Of a stretch of 64,000 nucleotides of DNA, positions 9,381 to 18,984 are shown in pieces. Origin of the DNA: Thermoproteota archaeon (GTDB taxonomy: Archaea > Korarchaeota > Korarchaeia > B14-G2). Each line of letters starts with the position of its first letter. The first letter of the stretch is position 1. Both the position numbers and the translations under genes were made by a program. Under the pieces are notes generated by a model. The model saw only the letters and a program-made list of their open reading frames with translations, was not told where the DNA came from and searched no databases. The stretch spans positions 1-64,000 of the forward strand of contig JAVCBW010000025.1 in assembly GCA_037917675.1 (NCBI GenBank), given 5' to 3'.

Positions 9381-10513
9381 GAGACTGGCTCATAGCATAT
9401 GCCTAGGCTCCTAGCGTAGCTGTATGCTGTATGCATCTCCTCTGCTGTAGGCCTCCTTGATATATCTGGGTACTCTCTAGGTTTTCTGGCAACCAGGTAC
9501 TCTGGCCTGTACTGGGACATCACGTTAACTAGTGCATTTGGGCAGTTCTCGGAGATCCACTTGAGGATAGGCTTCGTGCAGCACTCTATGTGGTTTGGTA
9601 GGACTAGGTGTCTTATTATCATGTCTCCGTTCTCATGGGCTATCTTGTGGTTTCTTGAGATGATCTCAAAGTACCTTGCTACCTTTGAGAGCCTTTCTGC
9701 ACATTTGTTGTTTCCATATTTGAAGTCTGGTAGCCATATGTCTATGATGTCAGCTAGGAGCTTCATTGTCTCTATGCTGCAGTACATGTTGCTGTTCCAT
9801 AGGAGGGGTACGTTCTCCTCTAGGTATAGGAGGGACTCTAGGATTGTATGGAGGTTTGGGGTTGGGTCTCCTCCTACGAAGTTTATGTTGGCTGCCCCCT
9901 CTAACCTGAGTGTAGTCTCTATCTTAGCAAGCTGCCTCGCGTCTACTTGGGTAGCTCTGCTCCACTGGGGGCTCCACTCCTGTGATATGTCGTAGTTCTG
10001 GCAGAAGACGCACTTGAAGTTGCAGCTGTTGAAGAAGATGGTTCCAGAGCCTCCTCTGCCGAGTAGGGGAGCCTCCTCACCCCAGTGGTGGAACCAGCTA
10101 GCTACATATGTCCTGTGGTCTAGCCTACATGTCCCCTTCTCTCCAGCTAGCCTATTTACTCCACACCTCCGCTCACAGAAGCAGCAGTGCTCTAGCATCC
10201 TCTTGGAGAGCTCAACCTTGAGAGCTAGCAGGTTTGGGCTGGCCTCAGGGATTTGGCTGATGTCTACTTTCCCCTCCTTCACCCTGGATAGCAGGGCCTG
10301 TAGCTCTCTAGAGGCTATCTCATGGAGCTTCCAGAGCTCTTCTTCGCTTACATCATCTAGGTGATCCTTTACAGGTATCTTCTTGCATATCATGAACTTA
10401 GCAGGCTTCTCATCTAGCATGACCTGGCGGTACCACCATAGCCTCCTCTGTACTTCAGGATGCTTCCATACAGCTATCCTGTCAGGTCTGAGAAGCCACA
10501 TCCTCCCTGTCAC
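9377..10513 (-). CDS. PflX-like radical SAM protein
   Basis: CNFKCVFCQNYDIS, GSGTIFF and RHLVLP motifs. Confidence 0.88.
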   Translation of the reverse strand: MTGRMWLLRPDRIAVWKHPEVQRRLWWYRQVMLDEKPAKFMICKKIPVKDHLDDVSEEELWKLHEIASRELQALLSRVKEGKVDISQIPEASPNLLALKVELSKRMLEHCCFCERRCGVNRLAGEKGTCRLDHRTYVASWFHHWGEEAPLLGRGGSGTIFFNSCNFKCVFCQNYDISQEWSPQWSRATQVDARQLAKIETTLRLEGAANINFVGGDPTPNLHTILESLLYLEENVPLLWNSNMYCSIETMKLLADIIDIWLPDFKYGNNKCAERLSKVARYFEIISRNHKIAHENGDMIIRHLVLPNHIECCTKPILKWISENCPNALVNVMSQYRPEYLVARKPREYPDISRRPTAEEMHTAYSYARSLGICYEPVS

Positions 10514-10529
10514 TGAAGCTGGGAGGAAG

Positions 10530-11558
10530 TTAAAGGTTAATGTTGTGGAGGAGCATGTGCTCTATCGCTTCCAGGAGGGCATCCAAGCCTGTTCCTGCCT
10601 CAGCAGATATCTTGACTACCATGTAGGACTTCTTGAGGGCTTCTTCTGCCTTGCTCACCTTCTTATCCATTCCAGGAACCTGACTTAGCAGGTCCATTTT
10701 GTTTAGAGCTATTATGGTAGGCTTATCCATGTGGGCACGTATCTCCTCAAGGAGGTGGAGCTGCCTCTCTAGCTGGTATCCGCAGGTCTCTGAGGGATCT
10801 ACCATGAAGACTACTGCATCTGCTAGAGACTTTAATGCTGCGAGAGCTTGTAGCTCTATCTTTTTCATCTTGGATGGAGGCCTATCGAGCATTCCGGGGG
10901 TATCTATGACCTGTAGCTTTATGCTACGTAGTGTCATGTGGCCTAGTATGAGGCTTCTTGTGGTAAATGGGTAGTAGGCTACCTCTGGATTTGCTGTGGA
11001 GAGCTTTCTGACAAGTGTGCTCTTCCCAGTGTTAGGGTATCCTGCTACTACTATGGTTGGTATATCTGGATCTATAGCTGGGAGCTTCTGGAGCTCGCTG
11101 GCATACTTCTTTAGGTGGCTCAGCTCCTCTGATATGTCGCTTATCACAGATGCTATTCTCCCTGTCGCCTCTTTTCTGAGCGATATTATATCGGGCTTCT
11201 TGCTTGACCCCCTTATTCTCGACATGTACTCTCTGGTTATCTTTCTTATGGTCTGCTCAGCCCACTTAGCTGCTCCAAGGCAGTGTTTTAGCTTCCCTAT
11301 GCCTGCTATGATGTCAGCTAGCTGCTGGTAGAATGGGTGGATTGAAGATAGGTCTGGGAACCTCTTGTAGACTTTCTCTAGCTCTGATGCAGCTATGGAG
11401 CCTACTATCTCCACTCGGAGCCTCTCAACATACTTCAGCCTGTCGAGGCCTCTTAGCTTCTTTGGAGCTGTGATCGGCCTTTTGAAAGCTCTCCTAAAAG
11501 CTTTGTCTAAGATCTCCTCAGAGGACTTCACAGAGACTTTCTTGAATGGGGAAGACAT
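10530..11558 (-). CDS. NOG1-family GTP-binding protein
   Basis: GYPNTGKST, YPFTT, DTPG and NKMD motifs. Confidence 0.9.
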   Translation of the reverse strand: MSSPFKKVSVKSSEEILDKAFRRAFKRPITAPKKLRGLDRLKYVERLRVEIVGSIAASELEKVYKRFPDLSSIHPFYQQLADIIAGIGKLKHCLGAAKWAEQTIRKITREYMSRIRGSSKKPDIISLRKEATGRIASVISDISEELSHLKKYASELQKLPAIDPDIPTIVVAGYPNTGKSTLVRKLSTANPEVAYYPFTTRSLILGHMTLRSIKLQVIDTPGMLDRPPSKMKKIELQALAALKSLADAVVFMVDPSETCGYQLERQLHLLEEIRAHMDKPTIIALNKMDLLSQVPGMDKKVSKAEEALKKSYMVVKISAEAGTGLDALLEAIEHMLLHNINL

Positions 11559-11559
11559 G

Positions 11560-12732
11560 CTACCATCTTGCTAGCCTGGTTATGGCAGCAGCTAGGTTGA
11601 TGGATAGGAGAGCTATTGAGAGAGCAGCTAGGGAAGCTACTAGAAGCCTTAAGGCCCTTCCTTTGCGTGGAGATCTAGACCAGGCTGCTTCAGTCAGGTA
11701 CTTCATGAGAAGCCATCCATCTAGAGGAGGTATTGGAAGCGAGTTTATGAGAGCTATCCCGACGTTAACAACGAGTATCCACATGGAGTACACTTCTAGC
11801 CTGTGCCAGAGCCAGTGTAAGCTTGCTCTGTCAAGTGACTTTATTGTTGGCGAGTAGTAGTCATAGGGTGACACTACTATGCCTATGAAGCCTCTGTCAG
11901 GCAGGTTTGGGTGCTTACCGAGCTTTACTAGAAAGTCTCCTCGAGAAGTCCTTACGATGAGGGTGTCACCAGGCTTTGTCGCTGAGAGGAAGGTATGAAG
12001 CTGCTGTGTGGTTCTGACTCTTGTGGTGTTCAGGTATAGGATGACACAGGGAGCTTTTAGCCCTGCAGCTTCAGCTGGAGCCCCATTGACTATGTCCTCG
12101 ACTAGCACTCCACTTGGCTGTGATAGCAAGAGGCCGAAGAATGATGTTAGAAAGAGCAAGAAGACTGCTGCTGTGACGTAGTTTCCTAGGGGGCCTGCAG
12201 ACACTATCCTAGCTCTGCTCTTGGGAGGAAGCTTCTCCATCTCCTCTTCATCTGCGTCTATGTATGCAGCAGGTATTATCGCTAGGAGAGCTAGGCCAGC
12301 TGACCTCACCTTCACACCTAGGCCTGTTGCCACCAGGCCATGCATTAGCTCATGGACTATAGCAGCTACAGCTATTGAAACAACTCCTTCCATCAGAGGG
12401 ATGGATACTCCGGGGACAAGTATCTGCACTGCAGGAGGGGCTCCAGCAGGTGCTTTAGCTAACAGCGCTCTCACTATATTTATTGTCGGCTTCACTAGGA
12501 TCACTATGCATGCTAGCCCTGAGGCTAGAGCTACGTATGGAGCTATCGTTGAAGCGAGCAGAGCTAGCCTACTCAGCTTGCGTCTGGCCATCATGGCCTT
12601 AAGGCTGCCTATGGGAACCATCAGGACCAGTGGGTGCACGTCTACCCCGAGCTTAGCTAGCTTCTTCCTTAAAGCTAGGAGGATAGCCCATGCTGCAGTG
12701 AATATGGCAGCTGCAGCTATGAGTGGACTCAA
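11560..12732 (-). CDS. Site-2 protease (M50) with PDZ domain
   Basis: HELMH, NSLPIPPLDG motifs and transmembrane segments. Confidence 0.9.
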   Translation of the reverse strand: MSPLIAAAAIFTAAWAILLALRKKLAKLGVDVHPLVLMVPIGSLKAMMARRKLSRLALLASTIAPYVALASGLACIVILVKPTINIVRALLAKAPAGAPPAVQILVPGVSIPLMEGVVSIAVAAIVHELMHGLVATGLGVKVRSAGLALLAIIPAAYIDADEEEMEKLPPKSRARIVSAGPLGNYVTAAVFLLFLTSFFGLLLSQPSGVLVEDIVNGAPAEAAGLKAPCVILYLNTTRVRTTQQLHTFLSATKPGDTLIVRTSRGDFLVKLGKHPNLPDRGFIGIVVSPYDYYSPTIKSLDRASLHWLWHRLEVYSMWILVVNVGIALINSLPIPPLDGWLLMKYLTEAAWSRSPRKGRALRLLVASLAALSIALLSINLAAAITRLARW

Positions 12733-12744
12733 CTAGACCACTGG

Positions 12745-13347
12745 CTACTTCAGCTTGATGAACTTCTCTTCTGTCGCCTTTACATCGATGACAAGTATGT
12801 CTATGCCATCTCCTGACAGGACGTCTCTTGCTATGGCTACACGCATCGCTTCTTCTGCTAGTCGAGTAGCTTCATCTCTCTGCATGCCCTCTTTGAAGCC
12901 CCTTTCTAAGACAGCTAGTGCTAGCTCTGTTCCAGTCCCTATGGCAGCATACTTGTCCTCTAGCACAGAGCCCACAGCATCTAGGCTGTATAGCTTAGGG
13001 GAGCCTTCACGCTCTATCCCGGCGACTATGAGCTCTGTCAGAAAGGGCACAAGCCTCCTGCTGTACATTAGGGTTGATAGCAGCTTTGCTGAGCCATAGA
13101 CAGATAGGGGGATGCCTGCCTCCTGCTCATAGAGATTGAAGTTGAACTTGAAGTACTGTAGGAGCTTCTGGAAGTCTGAGGGGAGCCCTGCGCAAGCTAT
13201 CCCTAGCCTGTCAGTTATCTTGGCTACCTTCCTTACTGCTCTACTCATTATGTATGGCCCATAAGTCACTCTACGGTCTGCTGCCAGCACAGCTCCAGTT
13301 GAGTACACTAAGCCTACTGCCGTAGCACCTCCACCATAGTACACCAA
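12745..13347 (-). CDS. psmB: Proteasome beta subunit, probably non-catalytic type
   Basis: GATAVGL...AADRR...RDVLSGDGIDI; Ala at the Thr1 position. Confidence 0.88.
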   Translation of the reverse strand: MVYYGGGATAVGLVYSTGAVLAADRRVTYGPYIMSRAVRKVAKITDRLGIACAGLPSDFQKLLQYFKFNFNLYEQEAGIPLSVYGSAKLLSTLMYSRRLVPFLTELIVAGIEREGSPKLYSLDAVGSVLEDKYAAIGTGTELALAVLERGFKEGMQRDEATRLAEEAMRVAIARDVLSGDGIDILVIDVKATEEKFIKLK

Positions 13348-13416
13348 TCTTCCACCTGGCTTGGTATGGCCACCTCGAGTTTAAAAAGAGTTGTCTCCTA
13401 GCAGTAGTAGAGGTGT

Positions 13417-13698
13417 GTGGTGAGCTTGGAGGAGTTCCACTGCACTATGGCTCTGAAGTTCTGTGTCGAAGCTAGGAGGCTGATGTCTGAGAAGAGGTAT
13501 AGTGAGGTAGCAGAGCTATGCTCTAGGATAAGCCAGCTATGTAGGGCGACAGGGCGGAGTGCTTGCGTCGAGGAGTCTCAGATATGTAGCCGGGTTGCTG
13601 AGCTGCTTAAGAGTGGAGAAGTAGATGAGGCTATTAGGCTTTGTAAGCTTGCTGTAGTGAAGTGTCCAAGTGGCGTGAGAGCTACACTCTCAGCTTAA
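13417..13698 (+). CDS. Small Cys-rich helical hypothetical protein
   Basis: 93-aa ORF with 8 Cys; TTTAAAAA TATA box and GAGGTG SD upstream. Confidence 0.65.
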   Translation: MVSLEEFHCTMALKFCVEARRLMSEKRYSEVAELCSRISQLCRATGRSACVEESQICSRVAELLKSGEVDEAIRLCKLAVVKCPSGVRATLSA

Positions 13699-14574
13699 AC
13701 CACACTTACATGTCTTAGCGACCTTGATGCAGCCTCAAGTATGATCTCTGGGTCTTTAGCTGCTATGCATAGGCAGTATGCCTTATCTTCTACCCCTCTA
13801 ATCCAGTATTCTGATGCTACATTGATCTTCTCTCTTGAGAAGAGCCCACTTTTCTCATAGTAGTACCCAGTGACTCTGCTGGCTTTTACATGAGATATCT
13901 CACCAGCCTCAAGCTGCTCTACTCCTGTGATAGCGAGCTCTCTTAATGAGCTTTTTAAACACCTTCTCTATCACTTGTGGGGGGGAGCCTTAAGCTGGCT
14001 AGCAAAGTGCTACCTTAGCAATATGAGTGATGTAAGCTCCTTTTTCAGGAGAGCGTAAGACTCTCCTATTGCTATGCTTATTCTCTGCATCTCGAACCCC
14101 TCTGGGAGCTCGAGAGACATGCCCAGCGTGGCCCATAGCTCCTTACCATCTTCTCTATGGCATCTTAAGCTGCTAACCATGCGTCGGTAGGATAGCAGGT
14201 CAGCTAGCTCATTGTACATGTAGGTAAATAAGGTGATTATCCTCTTCTTCTGCTCACAGTACCATGTTAACCCTATCCCTGGCAGCACCTCCTACCTTAA
14301 GCTCGATAGCTTTATGCCCACGTACAGGTCTATGGGGCCTTCTCCTCACTTTGAAGCCAGATTTGGAAAGCTTCTGCTCTATACACTTAGCTATCTCAGC
14401 TGGGCTGACAGCTATCTCAGCTGGCTCATAGCTTTCCAGCTTAGCTCAAGCCTTCTACCATACTTTAGGTCTGAAAAATGCAGCCTTCCCCTCCTCTCTT
14501 CTCGCCTTGATCTCAGATAGTTCCCATCCACTTGGGACTAGAAGCTCGATGCCGACTACACCGAAGGGGTACAT
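13695..14574 (-). pseudogene. Multiply frameshifted hypothetical protein
   Basis: Consecutive fragments in different frames: MYPFGVVGIELLVPSGWEL / GRLHFSDLKYGRRLELSW / TWYCEQKKR..SLRCH..LELPEGF / ..SRSLRHVSVV*. Confidence 0.55.
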
Positions 14575-14634
14575 GGTAGCATTAGCTAGCTGTGAAACCT
14601 TATTTTAAGCTATGAACAGTAGCTTAGTGGGGGG

Positions 14635-15027
14635 ATGTTGAAGGGAGCTAGGCTTAAGAGCGCTATAGGGATAAAGCTGAAGAGCTTAAGAGACCTTGGG
14701 AGGCTTGCTGCAGCACTATCATATAAGCCTCACTCTGAGACACCAGTGGTCTATAGGTTTAAGCTAGATGGAAGCGAGTACCTGGCAGTGCTCTACTTCA
14801 CACCAGGCTACTATGACTTATCAGCTCTCCCGATACTCTACTACTACAAGCTTAAGGACGGAGAGATAGGAGATGAACCCTTCATAGCATACAAGATAGA
14901 TGAGGAGGGAGAGGACATAAAGCTGGCTCGAGCCTACGCAGCAGGATATAGGCTCTTCCCCATACTTGAGCTTGAAGCCCCGCATCCAATAATAAGAGAA
15001 GCCATCGAGGGGAGAAGGAGGGAGTAG
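14635..15027 (+). CDS. Conserved crenarchaeal-type hypothetical protein
   Basis: 130-aa ORF abutting the endoQ start; TATA-like TTTTAAG upstream. Confidence 0.75.
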   Translation: MLKGARLKSAIGIKLKSLRDLGRLAAALSYKPHSETPVVYRFKLDGSEYLAVLYFTPGYYDLSALPILYYYKLKDGEIGDEPFIAYKIDEEGEDIKLARAYAAGYRLFPILELEAPHPIIREAIEGRRRE

Positions 15028-16299
15028 TTGGCTGAGAAAAGAGTGTACTTCGACGCACACATCCACAGCATGTACAGTAGAGCTACAAGTAAGGAGATGA
15101 ACTTAGATACACTCTCTAGGCAGGCTGCAGCTAAGGGGCTGAACCTGCTTGGCACAGGAGACTTCACACACCCACTTTGGCTTAACTATCTTAAGAGCAA
15201 GCTCAAGCCAGTTGAGGGAAAGGGCCTCTATAGCTATGGTGGGATACTCTGGATGCTAACAGCTGAGGTGGCTACAGTATATGAGAAGGGAGGTAAGGTC
15301 AGGAAGATACATCACCTACTACATGCGCCAGACTTTGAGATAGTTGAGCAGATTAATGCTGAGCTATCCAGGTATGGTGACCTCACTATGGATGGTAGGC
15401 CCACATTCTCTGGGCTGACTTCTCCAGAGCTTGTCGAGATCCTCATGGAGGTCAGCAAGGACATCCTAGTGGTTCCAGCACACGCATGGACTAGCTGGTG
15501 GAGCATATTTGGAGCATTCTCTGGCTTCGACCACATTAAGGAGTGCTATGAAGACCAGGTTAAGCACATCTATGCTATTGAAACAGGGTTAAGTAGTGAT
15601 CCACCAATGAACTGGAGAGTAAGCTGGCTTGATAGCTATACGCTAGTAAGCAACTCAGATGCACATAGCCCTTGGACCTGGAGACTTGGGAGGGAGCTCA
15701 ATGTCTTCAGCCTCAGAGAAGTCAGCTATTGGAGCATAGCTGAAGCTATCAGGCAAAAAGATAGAAGCAGGCTCCTTTTCACAATAGAGGTCCCACCAGA
15801 GTATGGGAAGTACCACTATACTGGACATAGGAGCTGTGGCATCTCTCTACATCCTAGGGAAGCTATGAGGCTCTCTAACGTGTGTCCAAAGTGCAGGAGG
15901 AAGCTGACTATAGGCGTGCTACAGAGGGTTGAGGAGCTAGCAGATAGGCCGGAAGGCTATAGGCCTCCTGATGCCATACCATTTAGGCATCTGCTGCCTC
16001 TATATGAGGTCATATCGTTCGCTACAGGCGTTAGAGCGCACTACTCTAGGAGAGTAGCTGAAACTGTGCACATGCTAGTCAGGAAGTTTGGCTCTGAGCT
16101 TAACACCCTCTTATATGCACCCTACTCAGAGATCAGGGAGGTTGCTGGAGAGAAGATAGCTAGTGTCATCATAGCTATGAGAAGAGGTAGTTTTAAGATA
16201 GAACCTGGATATGATGGTGTATATGGGAAGCCTGTCTTTGATGCCCAGCTTGGAGAACAGCAGTGTACCCTCCTGGAGTTTGGTGATGTAGTTGAGTAG
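15028..16299 (+). CDS. Endonuclease Q family (PHP + Zn ribbon, TIGR00375-like)
   Basis: DAHIHSMYSRATS, GTGDFTHP, ETGLSSD, SNSDAHS, GKYHYTGHRSC and PGYDGVYG motifs. Confidence 0.9.
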   Translation: MAEKRVYFDAHIHSMYSRATSKEMNLDTLSRQAAAKGLNLLGTGDFTHPLWLNYLKSKLKPVEGKGLYSYGGILWMLTAEVATVYEKGGKVRKIHHLLHAPDFEIVEQINAELSRYGDLTMDGRPTFSGLTSPELVEILMEVSKDILVVPAHAWTSWWSIFGAFSGFDHIKECYEDQVKHIYAIETGLSSDPPMNWRVSWLDSYTLVSNSDAHSPWTWRLGRELNVFSLREVSYWSIAEAIRQKDRSRLLFTIEVPPEYGKYHYTGHRSCGISLHPREAMRLSNVCPKCRRKLTIGVLQRVEELADRPEGYRPPDAIPFRHLLPLYEVISFATGVRAHYSRRVAETVHMLVRKFGSELNTLLYAPYSEIREVAGEKIASVIIAMRRGSFKIEPGYDGVYGKPVFDAQLGEQQCTLLEFGDVVE

Positions 16300-17443
16300 G
16301 GCAGATCGTGAGCTAGAGCTGCTTAAGAAGATGCTTAGCAGTGATGACCTGGAGGAGATATGGATCAATGGGCCAGGCCTACCTGTCTTCGTCTGGCACA
16401 GGAGCAAAGGGATGGTAAACACAGGATATAGCTTCTCTAGAGAGACCATAGTGGCATTTGCTAAGAGCATTGCTAGCATGAGCGGAAGGCCTCTCAGCGA
16501 GGACAGCCCACTTCTAGATGCAGCCTTGAGTACAGGAGATAGAGTTGCAATAGCTTTGCCACCTGTTTCCCCGAGAGGCCCTTCGATAACGATTAGGAAG
16601 TTTAGGAGGAGGCTTTATAGCATAGTGGAGCTCATCGAGAATGGAACGATAAATGATCTGGTGGGGGGGTTTCTGTGGGTTGCTGTAGAGGGGCTCCGTG
16701 TTAGGCCGCTAAACACCTTGATAATAGGAGGGACAGCAAGCGGAAAGACTACGCTACTCAATGCCATGTGCACGTTCATACCTTCAAACGAGAGGGTCAT
16801 AACTATAGAGGATACGAGAGAGCTCAACTTAAGCTTCATACCTAACTGGGAGCCACTGGAGGCTAAGCCAGGATATGCAGGAGGGAAGGGAGTCACCATG
16901 GATGACCTGCTCAAGCATGCTCTGAGAAAGAGGCCGAACAGGGTTATAGTCGGAGAGGTCAGGGGAAGTGAAGCTACTACACTGCTTCAAGCTATGAATA
17001 TCGGACACCTGGGGTCCATGGGAACCCTACATGCTAACAGTGCTAGAGACGCGATAACTAGGTTGACATCACCACCAATGAGCGTCCCCCCAGAGATGAT
17101 TGGTGTACTAGACCTGATAGTCTGCTTGAGAGTATGGTATGCTAGAGGAGGCACAATAATCAGGAGGGTAAGTGAGATATATGTAGTGGGGGGGCTCGGT
17201 GAGAAGAAGCCTACAATGGATCCAGTCTTCAAGTATGATATAACATCAGACAAGATCATGATGGAAGCTTATCCCTATCTAGCTTATGAGAAGATATCAG
17301 AGGTATTGTTGACATCACCAAAAGAGATAGAGAAGGAGGTTGAGAAGAGAGCAAGTATACTCAGAAGCATGGTTAAGAATGGCATAAAAGAGCTATCAGA
17401 GACAAGGAGAGTCTTTGAAAAATACTATGAGGGAAGCATCTAG
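16292..17443 (+). CDS. CpaF/TadA-type secretion ATPase (short N-terminus)
   Basis: ITIRKF, GGTASGKTT, TIEDTREL, GEVRG and GTLHA motifs. Confidence 0.9.
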   Translation: MSRADRELELLKKMLSSDDLEEIWINGPGLPVFVWHRSKGMVNTGYSFSRETIVAFAKSIASMSGRPLSEDSPLLDAALSTGDRVAIALPPVSPRGPSITIRKFRRRLYSIVELIENGTINDLVGGFLWVAVEGLRVRPLNTLIIGGTASGKTTLLNAMCTFIPSNERVITIEDTRELNLSFIPNWEPLEAKPGYAGGKGVTMDDLLKHALRKRPNRVIVGEVRGSEATTLLQAMNIGHLGSMGTLHANSARDAITRLTSPPMSVPPEMIGVLDLIVCLRVWYARGGTIIRRVSEIYVVGGLGEKKPTMDPVFKYDITSDKIMMEAYPYLAYEKISEVLLTSPKEIEKEVEKRASILRSMVKNGIKELSETRRVFEKYYEGSI

Positions 17444-17567
17444 GCCTTTACTGCCCTTATCATGCCTTTCCCGCTAGAATGCCATGCCAGCCAGTGGAAT
17501 GGAAGGTGAGAGGTGACCTCATTTGATAGCAGGACTAAAAGCCTATAGTAAGCGAAAAAGTGCTTCG

Positions 17568-18242
17568 CTAGGCGATTCTCTCCACAGTTTCGACTACAAT
17601 GCCATAGTGAGTTAGAGCTATTGGAATCAGCTGGGTTCTGATAGGGACTCCATGGATCTTCTGGATGAAGAGAGTGTGGTCTACCCGGTTCTCATGGACT
17701 TTAGCTTCAAAAGCTAGGACGCAGTCAGCTAGCTCCTCTATTACAGCCTTAGCTCTCGGATGTAGTACAGAAGAGTCTAGTAGAAGAGTTATCATAGGGC
17801 CACTCTTGACCTCTAAGGCTAGCTGAGCTACCAGCGTGATGAGTTCGGAGTCGCTTAAGAAGACAGAGAGCTCTGTGAGGGAGTCTACTAAGACATTGCT
17901 GGCATAGTTACATGCCTCCTTAACTCCTCTAGCTATCGGAGTAAGCTTTTCATCTGATGAGATGGAGCTAATCTGCTTTATTATGAGTAGATTAGTTTTA
18001 GGAAGGGTTCGTGAGACCATCCTCATCTGAGCCCTAACATAATTCATGTCCTTGAATACTGTTACTATGGCAGACTTCAGGCCGATCTGTGCTGCTTTGC
18101 TTATCATGGAGTAGGCAAAAGCATTTCTTAGAGATCCAATAGTACCTTCAAGAAGGACAAGAGAGCCTTTAGGAAGGCCTCCCTCTAAGTATGTGTCTAG
18201 AACCTCTACCCCAGTAGGAATCTTCTCTATAGGCTTACTCAA
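17568..18242 (-). CDS. KaiC/RAD55-like RecA-fold protein with degenerate Walker A
   Basis: IPTGVEVLDTYLEGGLPKGSLVLLEG-TIGSLRN, VLVDSL and LADCV motifs. Confidence 0.8.
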   Translation of the reverse strand: MSKPIEKIPTGVEVLDTYLEGGLPKGSLVLLEGTIGSLRNAFAYSMISKAAQIGLKSAIVTVFKDMNYVRAQMRMVSRTLPKTNLLIIKQISSISSDEKLTPIARGVKEACNYASNVLVDSLTELSVFLSDSELITLVAQLALEVKSGPMITLLLDSSVLHPRAKAVIEELADCVLAFEAKVHENRVDHTLFIQKIHGVPIRTQLIPIALTHYGIVVETVERIA

Positions 18243-18275
18243 GTTCAGGCACCTGCAGCTTACTATTGATAGGTT

Positions 18276-18953
18276 CTAAGTAGTTTCCGGCTTCTTAGGA
18301 GACTCTTCACGCCTGCTACTATCTCTATGATGCGTCGCTTGTATTGCAGCTGTATCTGTGAGCTTTCTAATGTAGGAACCGATGTCGCCTAGCAGTGTGG
18401 TAAGGTTCTGTATCATATTGGATAGCTCTCCTATCAGCTCGTTTAAGGCAGTTATGCTCTGGTTCACTCTGGCAACCTCCTCGCTAAAAGACCTGATCTC
18501 GCTGATGCCATCAGAAACAGAGTCAAACTTATCACTCAGCTCAGAGAACCTCTTAGCTAAGTGCTCTATTGAAGCTATCGTAGCAGCTATACCACGGTTA
18601 GCTTTAGCAATCTCCTCGCCAAGAGACCTGATCTCACTGATGCCATCAGATATGGAGTCAAACTTATCACTTAGCTCGGAAACGCTTCTCGTTAGATCTG
18701 AGAGAGTTGATATTAGGAGCTCGTCTGTGACACTTGCCCCTCTAGAGACCACATTTTCTCTTAGGAAAGTCTTTATAGAGTCTTCTGTTATCATGTTAGC
18801 TCTAAGCTGGACTATCAGGTACTCTAAATCTCTGAGCTGGTCTAGTATCCGCCCCATATATGTCAAGAGCACCTTGTTGGTAGCAGCTTCAGCCTCAGGT
18901 CTGCTCTCTTCAACTGCTTCCTTTTCAGCTTTCTTCCTGAACTGAATAGGCAA
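18276..18953 (-). CDS. Long coiled-coil protein with a 45-aa internal duplication
   Basis: SELSDKFDSxSDGISEIRS occurs twice, 135 nt apart. Confidence 0.75.
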   Translation of the reverse strand: MPIQFRKKAEKEAVEESRPEAEAATNKVLLTYMGRILDQLRDLEYLIVQLRANMITEDSIKTFLRENVVSRGASVTDELLISTLSDLTRSVSELSDKFDSISDGISEIRSLGEEIAKANRGIAATIASIEHLAKRFSELSDKFDSVSDGISEIRSFSEEVARVNQSITALNELIGELSNMIQNLTTLLGDIGSYIRKLTDTAAIQATHHRDSSRREESPKKPETT

Positions 18954-18984
18954 ATTCCCTCCTCTCTACCTCTATAAGCCTAAC

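Noticed and set aside
17444-17567. Possible C/D-box or other sRNA in the convergent intergenic gap
   Set aside because: No convincing RUGAUGA/CUGA pair or stable hairpin was found by eye.
18276-18953. Methyl-accepting chemotaxis receptor
   Set aside because: There is no signalling-hairpin motif (LLALNAAIEAARAG) and no che genes nearby.
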